A DNA stretch of 60,833 nt, counting the filler, from Asterionella formosa (taxonomy: Eukaryota), in the NCBI GenBank assembly GCA_002256025.1. It is 15 parts of 15 records of this genome, joined end to end, with 100 filler letters (N's around TTAATTAATTAA, not from the genome) between each part and the next. Parts side by side here need not be neighbours in the genome. Positions count along the whole stretch, not along the records: positions 24,416 to 28,382 come from NKIB01013800.1; positions 28,483 to 32,451 come from NKIB01013801.1; positions 32,552 to 36,514 come from NKIB01013802.1; 12 more parts are not named here. One strand, 5' to 3'. Positions 24,416 through 36,614 of the stretch are shown one piece after another. Numbering within the stretch: position 1 is the stretch's first letter; the number at the start of each line of letters is the position of its first letter. The notes beneath the pieces are model-generated. The model was not told the origin of the DNA. It did not search any database and worked only from the letters and a program-made list of their open reading frames with translations. The translations under genes and the position numbers were made by a program.

Positions 24416-25440
24416 GTTCTGTTGAGGAGTATGGGGGGCAGTATACTCAATCTGAATACCCTGCGTGGTGCAGACGATACTTAGACTGGTCATGTTTTCA
24501 CCGGCATTTTCCAGCGTAGGAAGCGTACTACATAGCCCGCTGACTTGAGTGTAGTCAATAGGGCATCTGCGATGCTCGCCAAAAGACTTTTCTTGTTAAC
24601 AAAATAACTCCATGCCTTGCCTGTGTACTGATCCACGAATAGAATCCAGTAGTTGCTTCCAATTAGAGATTTCTCGTAGGGACCTGAAATGTCCACGTAC
24701 AATCGTTCAGCAGGAGTAGAGGCCTTGAGGGTCGTGACTTTAGGTACCGCTTTGGCCTTTGCCTTAGCTAGTGCGCAGCCTTCACACGACTGAATCTTGC
24801 CCGTAGGTTCAATACCGAGGGACTTTAGCGTTGCGCGAAGGGATGCCTCGCTGATGTGGCCGTATTTGTCGTGGGCCTCGTTGATGTCAATTTGCGTTGG
24901 TTTCTTGGTAGTTTATGCCGTAGGAAGTTGCGTCACTGTCTTGGTATTCGTTGGAGTAGGATCAGGTGTACGGTTTGTTGTCGAGTCGTGAATAGACAAG
25001 ACCGTTTCGGACTGTAGGGTACGTTTTCCCTTGAAGTAGTAAAGGACGCCTTGATCCTCACAAGAAAAGGTTAGTTCGTTGTCGTACCCTTCCTTATGTA
25101 GACTCAACTCAGACCCCTTCATGCGTGCCTCGCACCCTCCGTTCTTGACAAATTGCCCGATGCTGACGATATTCTTGTGGAAGTGAGGAGTGTAGAGTAC
25201 CTTGCGTAGTAACATGGAACACGTCTTGTTGGTAATCAGAATATCACCTCGTTTCGTGCATACCACCTCTTTACCGTCACCGACAATGACCGAGACGTTT
25301 ACATTTTCGACGTTTGTCATGTATTTGTCAGTCTAGTGATGTGCGTGGTAGCCCCAGTGTCCGCAAGCCAGCGCTCCGTTCCGTTGCTTGATGCGCAGTA
25401 TTGGTCTTCGTACCACTCGTCTTCCATTGTAGGGACGAAA
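24416..25440 (-). mobile_element. Copia PR-INT fragment
   Basis: Motifs WLADTGATTH, VLYTPHFHKNIVS, YVDISGPY..S..GSNYW and IEYTAP..PQQN; same lineage as the elements at 20347 and 36615. Confidence 0.9.
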
Positions 25441-26387
25441 CACACGCGTACCGGTACAGGTATACAGCTAGCTTTCCAGCATTCTAATGATAAGAGGTTT
25501 AAAAATTGCTTACCGTTATGTTCATTATGTAGCAATAGAGCGTTGTTGCACTGGTAGGTAACTTTTGTTCAAATTGTGTACATACCATCGTACTGGGTAC
25601 CTGGTACCGGTCGTCAGTATCCATACGTATTCAGTATGCAAGGTAAAAATCACATGATATACCGGGACTTACTACCGGTAAATTAAAAATATTTATTACT
25701 CTGGGGTATCATGATAAACCCTCACATAGATCACCACCCCTACCTCCAAACCAAACCACCAACTGAAACATGGTCAAATGCATATGAATATGGCGACATA
25801 TGACTGTGCCAGTTACCATACCAGGTACCGTGTGATGTCGGCAAGATAGTCTACGGTACCGAGGTATTTATCATGGTCCTCTTGTCCTTGTCATGATGAT
25901 TTTATTATTATATTATATTGTACACACTTATCTGCTACAGGAGGTATTCTTGATTCACAAGGCATGATGGTTGATAACAATACAATGGAAAGAATTTTCG
26001 CCCTGTAAAATATCAATGTTAACCCTAACCTCGTTATAATGATGAGGTAGAATGTACTCCCCAAACGAGGAAAAAAATTCTACCGGTTTGATTAAATATT
26101 TACGGACAAATATTCGCAATATTCGGACTTTCCCGGAAATCCCAGGGAAATGAGCGGAGTGCATTATGTATACTGGTAGAAGTCCACGATGACAAGAGTA
26201 CCATGACAGCAACGAAAGCAAATACCGGTAGAAGAATGCCGGTACCGGTATCATGATGTTTCAAATCAGTCACAACATTCCTCACCCTTGTTGAATGATT
26301 GACAGAAGGTTCTCCTCTTCTCTTCTCCTCTCCTCTCACTTTCATTGTCTTGTACTCCCAACCAGGTACCCACCACCATCAGTTAGA

Positions 26388-27356
26388 AAACAATGAAGGT
26401 TTGGTTCCAGTTGTTTCTTGGAAACGCAGCCCTAGATCCCTTTAAAGTTACTTTGAATCAGAATGATGACATTGCTGACTTGAAGAAAGCTGTGAAGATT
26501 GAATGTGGTGACAATCTTCAAGGTGTTTCCTCAGCGCAGCTCCGTGTGTACCCACCTGGAACTCAAGTGCCGGTCTCTGAGGGAGCTGATGATCCAACCC
26601 TGAGATCTGGAGGTCCGGTTGTTCATCTGAATTGGGGGACTAGCGACGACACTGCGTTTGTGATCGTGGTCATCCAACCTGATATTGGTACGTGTTTTGA
26701 TCTCATGGAATACCTTCTATTGTATTGTAGGTCACAGCTCCTAATACTCACGTATCATTTCGTATCATTTATCCCATACAAATACTCGCTACTGTTGAAA
26801 AGACCAAGGAACGACGAAACGCCAGAAACGAAATGATGAGCAGGAGGAAGTCTCCTTAATGGTACCCACAACCATCATGTCGACAACAATGAAGGTTTGG
26901 TTCCAGTTGTTCCGTGGAAACGCAGGACTATTGCCAGTTTATGTCACGTTGAAGAAGAATGATGTCATTTCTGACTTGATGAAAGCTGTGAAGATTGAAT
27001 GTGGTGACAATCTTCAAGGTGCTTCCTCAGCGCAGCTCCGTGTGTACCCACCTGGAACTCAAGTGCCGGTCTCTGAGGGAGCTGATGATCCAACCCTGAG
27101 ATCTGGAGGTCCGGTTGTTCATCTGAATTGGGGGACTAGCGACGACACTGCGTTTGTGATCGTGGTCATCCAACCTGATATTGGTACGTGTTTTGATCTC
27201 ATGGAATACCTTCTATTGTATTGTAGGTCACAGCTCCTAATACTCACGTATCATTTCGTATCATTTATCCCATACAAATACTCGCTACTGTTGAAAAGAC
27301 CAAGGAACGACGAAACGCCAGAAACAAAATGATGAGCAGAAGGAAGCCTCCTTAAT
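26388..27356 (+). repeat. 496-bp tandem duplication (header exon plus intron)
   Basis: Donor sites at 26688 and 27184 are 496 bp apart; the copies are near-identical after the first ~90 nt. Confidence 0.95.
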
Positions 27357-28382
27357 AAAGGTTTTAGACGAAAGGCTCAAACTTCAATTTGATGACTTGA
27401 AGAAGGAGCGGAATCAAGATTTTGACCAGGAGGAAGCCTCGTCCTTAATATTTCTTATAAAGGAGAAGCTCTACGTTCATTTCAAGCGCTTGGAGGCGGA
27501 TCAGCAAGTGCGAAGAATTCCCAAGACAATGCATATCTACATGATTGATCCGAAAAAAAGTCCTTCTATTCCTACTTTACCTCCTTCTGACCCTACCTTA
27601 CCTCTTTCTGCTCCTACTTTACCTCCTCCTGATCCTACTTTACCCGCTTTTTCCCCAACTGAAAGTTACTGGATTGAAAATGTCCAACCGGTGCGGTTCG
27701 ACGACTGCGAAAGTAGGGGAATCTTATATCGCCCTAAAATTGTAGAGGAAATGATGAAAGTGGTTGAAGATGCCTTCAAGAAAAAGCGTCGGACTGGAAT
27801 CATGATCAAAGGACCGCATGGAATTGGCAAGTCGCACTCACTTGTCAACTTGGTTCGTACGCTGCAATATAACAGCAGCTGCAAGTACCTCGTAACTTTC
27901 ATTCCAGACTGTCAAAAATGGAATGATGTTAACGAGTTGTACACTGCAATCTGTAGATCATTTGGTACTTCCTTACCGGCTCTCAAGTGGAAGATCTGTT
28001 CAAATGATATCGAAAATTCGAGAGATCTGAAAACGTTTGTCGATGCCATTGACTTGATTCTTCAAGATATGAACAAGAAATGGGTCCTAGTTTTCGATCA
28101 GATCAACAGATTGTTTGCTCGACCAGAGCTAAACAAATCTGTTGATCTGGGTTCGCTTCCCTTTCCTTTTAGTGTAATTGACAGTATAATGAAGGGAAAT
28201 CGCATTGTCTCCATCATTTCAGCTTCCGCAAACAACGAGATTGCCTACAGGGAAAGGCATCCAGGGTTTGTTGAGTACAATCACCCATGCCACATGTATT
28301 TGGCAGAACTAAAGCTCGCCTTTAAGGAAGTCGCAGAACGAAGTGACGGCAAAGAAATATTAAAGGTGACTGGTGGGGTGCC
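26393..28382 (+). CDS. Crinkler (CRN/CR)-like protein: two tandem Ubl header domains, Pro-rich linker and P-loop NTPase; exons 26393-26687, 26803-27183, 27299->28382 (3' truncated)
   Basis: Header MKVWFQL...DLKKAVK..C...L..VSSAQLRVY matches the CRN N-terminal Ubl pattern. Walker A GPHGIGKS and Walker B WVLVFDQIN. Two identical 115-nt GT-AG introns fuse the three ORFs in frame. Confidence 0.78.
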
Positions 28383-28822
28383 NNNNNNNNNNNNNNNNNN
28401 NNNNNNNNNNNNNNNNNNNNNNNNNNTTAATTAATTAANNNNNNNNNNNNNNNNNNNNNNNNNNNNNNNNNNNNNNNNNNNNATGCCATGGCTGCTCTTG
28501 GCTGACAGCTGCCAAGTCAAGTACAAACACCACAATGGTGCACAAAAGACAGTCCAATTTTAATCGACTGGCTGATACTTAGTCGTTGTGAGACTCATCT
28601 TTCTGCAATTGGGTGGACTTTGATCATTGCTTCGTTCAAAGCACAATCAATTCAAATGCTATCCAGTGAAACAGCCAATGAAAACAGTTGTGGCGAAAAA
28701 GCTCAGAACAGATCAAGAGATCTCATAGGAATTAAAATAACAACAGCAGGGCATATATGATGCACTGCTCCTTGTGTCGACTAGCTATATTTGATCATTA
28801 TCATATTTCATACTATACAGGT

Positions 28823-29203
28823 ACTTGAAAGTGTTATGGAAACTGAAGATAATTGAAGAATAGTAACTTAAATGAAGGCTTGTAGACTCTGTGTTTCGGA
28901 ATAAAGTGAGCTAAATGTTAAATGATAAAAGTAGAACAAGCTAGGAGTTGTCGCCAGTTGACAACAGTCAAGTTGGAGAGACAGCAAATTATTAATAGTG
29001 GAGTTACCACGATGGACATGACTGTTGTGGGACCGGAACTTGTTAATAGGGTGCGGAGTAATCACGATGGACAGGACTGTTGTGGGACAAGAAAATAGTA
29101 ATAGAGGAGAAACAACAGTCTTGGCAGGACTGTCAAGAGACAGGAAGTTAGTAGTAGGTGGAGTATCCACGATGGGCAGAGAGGTATAAGTTGGTATTTA
29201 ACT
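28823..29203 (-). repeat. 3' LTR of the full-length Copia (381 bp)
   Basis: Matches 35747-36057 apart from a ~70-bp indel and point changes. Abuts the PPT on one side and CAGGT (28818-28822) on the other. Confidence 0.92.
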
Positions 29204-32200
29204 CTCCCTCTCAGCTGAGCAAGGGAGGCAAAATGTCACCAACCACAGACGAGTTTGCGAATAGCTGTAAATTTCTCAGCAACAAGACCTTTAGTAAAAA
29301 TGTCGGCGGGGTTGACTGCAGTGTCAATTTTTAGGATGCGTAGCACGCCAGATAGGACATATTCACGGAACCAATGGTAAGAAACAGCAATGTGCTTGGT
29401 ACGGGGAGTCATTTTTGGAAGATTGGCTTGGGAAAGATATGCACTGTTGTCTTCATAAATGGTAGCCGGCCATGTAAAGTGCAGTGGAAGCCTCAGTAAT
29501 GATGTGGCGAAGGGGAATGAGGTCACGGCAGCTACTGGAGAGCGCCTGGTATTCAGCCTGCATGGTAGAAACGGCGATTGTGGTTTGTAGTTTAGAAACC
29601 TATAAAACGGCACAGCCAGCAAGAGTAATGACATAGCCAGTGCGGGATTTGGCGCAAACAGGATCATTCGAGTTTTCAGTTCCAAAAAGACCAGCAAAGT
29701 CACTATCGACAAAACAGTCGATTTTAAACTCCGATGTAGGTGTAAACATGATACCCTCGTTTAAACTACCACACAAATAACGGCAAATTTTCTTAAGAGC
29801 CACTTCATGTGAGGCACGCGGACAGTGAGAAAATCGAGCACACTGGTGCACAGCGAAGGCAATGTCTGGGCGAGAGTTTGTTGATAAGTAGAGGAGCATG
29901 CCCACAACAGAGCGGTAGTTCCATTTTTCACGGGCAAGAAGACCATTAGAATCAATACCTAAAGGTTCTCGTGTTGCAGGAGTAGGCGAGGAAGACCCGT
30001 GAACAAGACCAGTTTGTTTCTAAGATCCGTGTGATAAGTCCCAGTTGTGTTAACTTGAGGGAACCAGTAAGAGATGACCTGTCAATTTGGATGCCCAAAA
30101 ACGAGGCAAGGTCGCCCTCACGAGTAAGTTCAAGCTCGAGGGACAAATTGGTAATCATGGCATCAATAAGGGACTTGTCCCGACCGATGAGAATGGAGTC
30201 ATCGACATAGTTAAGGTATACCATATCAGCATGGATAAAAAAACAGGGGTCAAGCTCAGATTGGCGGAACCTGCAATGTCCAAGAAACTCTTTAAGTTTA
30301 AGAAACCAGGTACGCAGGGCCTGTTTTGTAGTACCATAGAGAGATTTATTCAGCTTCATGACCATAAGGTCACCGAAGTCTTTGGGCGTCGTCTCAACAT
30401 AGAGTTCTTCTGTAATGTCGGCCTGACAAAATGCATTCGAAAAATCAATTTGTTGTGTCTCAAGGCACAGAACCACGGACATGACCAAAAGCGCACGGAC
30501 AGTAGACCACTGGACCACAGGAGCATAGGTTTCAAAATAGTCAATATCTGTAGATCCCCGCTTACACAAAACCTTGCTTTGCATTTGCGAACACGACCAT
30601 CTGGAAAGAGCTTGCGCTTGAAGGCCCACGTGCCTGGTAGAACCTTATGGTTAATAACCGATGAACGGGGCACAAGCGTCCAAGTATTCTTTTTGGTTAA
30701 AGTAGTGACTTCAGTGACCATAGCTTCACGAAACAATTCGGAATCAGACCCAGACATAGCCTCGTGATAGCGAGGATTATCAGGATCCATTTTACGTGCC
30801 ATGGCGGCGTAGATAAGAGGATCAGAACACTCAAGAAGTCCAGTGACAGGGTCGGTCATTACAGCACACATATAGGCCATTGCAGAATCAGACGCACTGA
30901 CTTCAGAACATTCAACAAGACCAGCAAAGAATGCATTGGAAAGGTATCCTCCTGGTACAAAACGAGTGGGCCCGATTCCACGTGTAGAACGAGTACTGCG
31001 GCGGAAAGAGAGAAGGGATGTTTGGAGGGAAAATTGCAATTTTAGGAGATGCAGGCTTTTCTGGTGGAAAAATAGGAATGGATGCTGGAAGTGGCGGTGG
31101 CGGCATCGTAGCTGGAATTATGATGGGAACAGGAGGAGGAACAAAAGGAAGAGAAACAAATTTGGACTCTCTCTGATTCGGTAGTTCATCAGGAGGTAGG
31201 TTCAAACGGGGAAAGATGTTAGACTCTTTTAGTAGGAGCCGGCGATGGGAAATGTCATCTGGTTCTAGCCACTCATCAGCAAGTGTGAAGTTTGTGTGTT
31301 TGTCAAATTTGGTCTCAAACCGGGACTCATGAAAGATAGTTTCCCAATTTTCCGGAGGGTCGTCGGATATATTTAGCGAGGAAACGGTCGAGAAAAGATC
31401 ATCAAAGATGACATGAAATTGCGGAGAAATATGTCCTGTTGTCAGATTAAGTACCAAGGGAACATTGGTACTATGAACATGGGAGATGCCAACAAAGATG
31501 GCGCGGTGGGAGCGAGATTGCCAGCGTGGAAGCTTTTGTCCATTTTGTAATTTTGGGTCAAGGACATAACAAGGACAACCCCAAACGTGTAAGTCCTTCA
31601 ATCCGTGACGTGGAAGGATGGATTTCGTAAATAAGTCCATGGGAGATTGTCCAGTCTTGGAACTGGGCACATGGTTGTACAAATGTACTGCATAGTCCAC
31701 CACCATAGGCCAGAGAGCAGGGTCAGCTGTAGAAGGCCAACGAATGGAAGCATGTAGCATCATGACACGGGCCATGTTGGAAACAGTGCGAATACTGCGT
31801 TCTGCAACAACATTTTGATGGTGAGCTCCAACACCACAAAATTTTATAATTTGCCCTTTAGTTTGAATGACATCGACAAATTCACTGGCTCCAAAGCTGC
31901 CATTGTCAGTAGTATATTTACCAATCAAAACTCCAGAATTACTATAGCTCCAATTTTCAAAAGCCATTTTAGCTTGCAGAGTTTCTAGGACAGTGAATCC
32001 AACTTGATGCTGAATGAAAAGTAGGCCAGATGAGTGATCAGTAAATATGCATCCCCCTTTGTACATATCGGTTGGTGAAGTCTTTCCTCTAGAAGTGTAC
32101 AACGACCAGGGACCTTAGAAACAAAATGGTCAACAGAAACACCGGAGCCGGGATAAAGGTCATTTGCTTTCACTCCCCCTTCTTTTTCCGGTGTCGGGGT

Positions 32201-35200
32201 GGACATGGATGCCTGTAAGGGTTTACGGTGCGCCTTCCCGTATTCACAGGCAGCGCATTTTGGAGGAGTGCAACGCGAAGCCGCTCGAATTTTCTGGGAT
32301 GTACCAAATGATGGCTGACATAGAAGAAATTGAATGGTGTCTGAGCAGAGGTGGCCAAGACGGAAGTGCCAGTGAAGATATTCCTTTTGAGCCTCAGTAA
32401 GGTTTTGGTTTGTTTCGTCTGTGACACATAAATTAAGGGAGGCTTCTTTGTNNNNNNNNNNNNNNNNNNNNNNNNNNNNNNNNNNNNNNNNNNNNTTAAT
32501 TAATTAANNNNNNNNNNNNNNNNNNNNNNNNNNNNNNNNNNNNNNNNNNNNAGAAATTGAATGGTGTCTGAGCAGAGGTGGCCAAGACGGAAGTGCCAGT
32601 GAAGATATTCCTTTTGAGCCTCAGTAAGGTTTTGGTTTGTTTCGTCTGTGACACATAAATTAAGGGAGGCTTCTTTGTTGCACACAGATGAAGCACGAAT
32701 GCCATGACTGGTAGGAAGAGAGTTTACGGGATCATAGGGAATAGTCAAGGTGGGTGATCCATCAATTACAAGGCGTGTGCAATCAGCGGTTACCTCGAAA
32801 ATTCCCACATGGCCATTTTCTTTGTCGAAGATACGTTGAGGAGATAAAAGGCGTTGTTTGCATTGAGGCACATAATATGCAGTAAGATGAAGTGTCAAGA
32901 GGCGACCAGAGTCAGAAAGGAAATTCCCCTGTAAAGTGCCGATGCCAGCAACTGTGAGACCAGAAGCAATGCCACCAAGATGAAGGGGAATGGAGGGTTG
33001 AAGAATGGGACCAACAAAATCGGTGGAATAGGCAGAAACAGGACGTGAGGCACCACTGTCCCAAATGACGGTGAAATGCTGTTCAAGGCCACCAAACAAA
33101 GAGATGGGGTCCATTTCAATGGGACGAAAGAAGGATGAAGGCAAAGGTGGGGATGTGGGAAGAATGTTGATGGCGGGAGTGCAGATGGAGTCAAGAATGA
33201 CAGAAAGAGGTGAAAAATCAAGAAATGAATCTTGGAAGATGGTGTAGGCAAAGAGTGATGGGGCCATGATGGGAGGACTAGAACGTAGAATACTTTGTGT
33301 ACCAGTGGGGAGAAAAATGCATAAGGAAGACAGAAAAGGAGTAGAATAAGGGATGGTAGAAAAAGAAAAAGAAATCCCAGGTGACCCAGGCGAAGGATCA
33401 GGAGGTTTAGGAGGAAAGAAAAAAGAAAGAAGGGAGCAATATCCGACAACAATGGAGAACAAGGACTATGCAAGGTCACCATGTTATCATATGCGCCACC
33501 AAGAAACATTGCAGTAAACCACATGTTAGTGATGATCCCACCAATAATCAACCATACTGTCGGGTAGCCCTGTAATTTACTGTCGGTGACACGCCGACAA
33601 CCAAAGATATCAAACATTGGGAAAATACCAACAGAGACGCATCGCTGTTGGCAAGTCTGTCAAAAGAAGCAAGGAGCACCAACCTTGTGAGAACAATTAG
33701 ACGGATTCATAGGACTGGTAGCCAAAGGGGTAGTAGGGGTAGTAGGGTTCAATGATAAGTCAATGGACAAAGTCAAAGGAACAAGAAAGTGCGAGTCAGT
33801 GAGATGAGGATCGGAAGGCGACATAGTAATGGTGGTAGAGTTGGAAAGGTCTGGCACAGTACCACCAGTCCAACAGAGGGCATCTGCATGAGTGTTATGC
33901 CCAAGGGGCGATATAAAATCATTATTAACAATCAGAGACAATTTTTTATCGGCCGACCAAGTGACATGAGAGTCATCACAAGTAGCAATAAATCCAAAAC
34001 TTCTAAATTTAGGAACAAGAGCATTGTTTTCATTTTGAGAGACGGTTTCGCAAGCCAACTTCGCTGTAGGACTCTTAGTGTCCTCAGTGAATTTCACAGT
34101 GGGTGAAATGGCAACAGTGTTGGGATCACGAGCAATGTGAGTAGCATCAGTATGCGTTTTGACCCAATGATTGCACTTGGTACACCAGTAAAAATGTGAC
34201 ACATGGTGGAAGATCGTTGTTGGAGCACAAGAAGGTGGAGGAAGGTGTGTCCACTTACTAGGACTTGGACAATTGTTTTTCATGTGCCGTTTCTTTCCAC
34301 AATGATAGCAGATGCTATTAGAAAGTTTCAAGGTGACAGAATCATCGGGAACTGCAGTGCCAGGTTTGATTGAGTTGCGGAGGGACTTCAACTCTGCAAC
34401 AATGGCTTGATATGCAGCATTGGAAGAAGCCTGGAAAGCGGCGGGTAGGGAGTCTGGCTGAGACTTGGGAAGACTTAAGCCAGCAATCCAGCAACCATCG
34501 TCAAGTAGACGCTTGTAGTTGCGGAGAGCGATGTTACACAATGCATTTACACCAAGATCTGTTGATTGGAAGCGAAGCATTTCAGCATTGTCTTTTCCAA
34601 TGAGGCGTTTTCCTTGGATGTCAATTTCTCCAGAGAGAACATGGAATGCACTGCAAAAACCCTCAGTGCTGCAATATAGAAACTTGTTAACAAGAATAAT
34701 TGAAGCAGTTTGATGAATGGAACCACCACCAGCCATTAGATTGTAGTTAGTTTGCACATCCTCAATGAGGAGTCGAACATTTTCCCCTAGATAATCCGAC
34801 AATTTGATGTTCTGAAACTTGGAGTGAATATCGACCATGACTTGAGCAGATCCAGAAGTATCATCATCAACCAGAGCAAAAAATGACAATAAACCAGGAC
34901 CTCGATTTCCATATGATGCAAGACGTGCCCGAAGTCCAAATAGAATTGATTCATCAATATGGGACACAATTATATTCTACAAATGTGAAGAGTCTTCATG
35001 AGCTTGTTCATCGAAAACTTGATCACGAGAAAGGGCAGAGGCAGTAGTTTCAACGCCTAATGCATCAAGAATAGGAGCAGGTTCTGGCGCAAGGCAGTGA
35101 TCAATGTAAGCCTTCGCTTCAGCAAATGAGATGCGTGTGTAGTTTGTACTCATATCCCACACATTTCCTTCATAGTCTGGAGCATGGAAGAACGTGTCAA

Positions 35201-35746
35201 CTCCATAGTTTTGAGCAGCAAGGAGAAGAGCTTGACAGAGTCCACTGAGAGTGTAGTCCTTGAGGGGATCATTAGCATTGGGTCCCCGGTAGAGCCGTTT
35301 AGGTTCTTTATTGCAGTATTCAAACAGACTGAGTCGTTCCATAGCATCACCAAGCCGAGCTTGATAAGGTGACCACTGAGGGCAGCGGGCGACAGAAAAG
35401 TCATTGTTAAGGGTTCCACCAGAGTAACCAGAACCGAGGCGATCAACATGTCCGAGCTTGGTAGCCATTGTAACAGAAGATAAAAAAGGAAGTTTTCAGA
35501 AGGAAAGAAAGAAAGAAAGGGCTAGTCGAAGAAGACTACCGAGGGAAGTAATGGAAATGAAAGAAGGAAGTATTCAGAAAGAATGGAAGGGCCAGTCGAA
35601 GAATAACACCAATGGAGGTAAAGTAAATGGGAGAAGGAAGCAATTAGAAAGAGAGGAAGGGCTAGTCAAAGAAGACTACCGATAAAATTAACATAAAAGA
35701 GAAGAATAAAAGAAATATGATGTTGGAAGGTTTGGGCTCAATAACC

Positions 35747-36057
35747 ACTTGAAAGTGTTATGGAAACTGGAGATAATTGAAGAATAGTAATTTAAATGAA
35801 GGCTTGTAGACTCTATGTTTCGGAATAAAGTGAGCTAAATGTTAAATGATGGAGTTACCACGATGGACATGACTGTTGTGGGACCGAAACTTGTTAATAG
35901 GGGGTGGAGTAACCACGATGGACAGGACTGTTGTAGGACAAGAAAATAGTAATAGAGGAGAAACAACAGTCTTGGCAGGACTGTTAAGAGACAGGAAGTT
36001 AGTAGTACTAGGTGGAGTATCCACGATGGGCAGAGAGGTATAAGTTGGTATTTAACT
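35747..36057 (-). repeat. 5' LTR of the full-length Copia (311 bp)
   Basis: Followed on the minus strand by PBS-like GGTTATTGAGCCC; flanked by CAGGT (36058-36062). Confidence 0.92.
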
Positions 36058-36614
36058 CAGGTGCATGGATGACTCAATCCGCCCTTTCATTAGATATGCA
36101 GCCATGTTGCGATAATTCTACAGGACCTATAGGACTGGTAGTCTGTTGGTCATCATTCCCGCATTGTATATACCAGTAGGAGTCATGTATGCAAGCATGC
36201 TGCGATAATTCTTACAAGACATAAAAATTTGGGACCTTGGGGGTTACACTTCCGTACTGTGTACAGGGGGGGAAGGGGTTGCATGCATGAGCAACTACTC
36301 CGGTATAAACTATGATCTTTAATCAATCAATTTTGATTTGTTTATCCTATAACTTTGATCATAACATATTGATCATATGATGAACGGTGTCGTTGATGAG
36401 AAAATGAACAATCAACATTTATTTTCAAGAATCAGGATTAATTGATCTTAAAAATATGATCAAATGATCCTAAGCACATGAGCATATTCAGTTTTTCGCT
36501 GCAATATTGTGGTANNNNNNNNNNNNNNNNNNNNNNNNNNNNNNNNNNNNNNNNNNNNTTAATTAATTAANNNNNNNNNNNNNNNNNNNNNNNNNNNNNN
36601 NNNNNNNNNNNNNN

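Larger units (their letters stand above)
28823..36057 (-). mobile_element. Full-length CoDi-type Copia LTR retrotransposon (~7.0 kb after merging two contigs), decayed; TSD CAGGT
   Basis: Two LTR copies; gag (CYHCGKKRHMKNNC, WCTKCNHWVKTH), PR IWDSGAS, INT WHFRLGH/SVDHF/YTTDNG/VAER, RT QIDFSNAF/YVDD, RH FVDSDFAG/YEDN/NPADIFTK. PPT gagagggag. 127-bp overlap across the linker. Confidence 0.92.

Noticed and set aside
26393..27332. Two small standalone membrane proteins
   Set aside because: Their hydrophobic tails are read-through of introns; splicing gives a single CRN-like gene.
32895..33617. env-like gene in the Copia
   Set aside because: It lies between gag and PR rather than 3' of pol, and has no signal peptide or fusion motifs.
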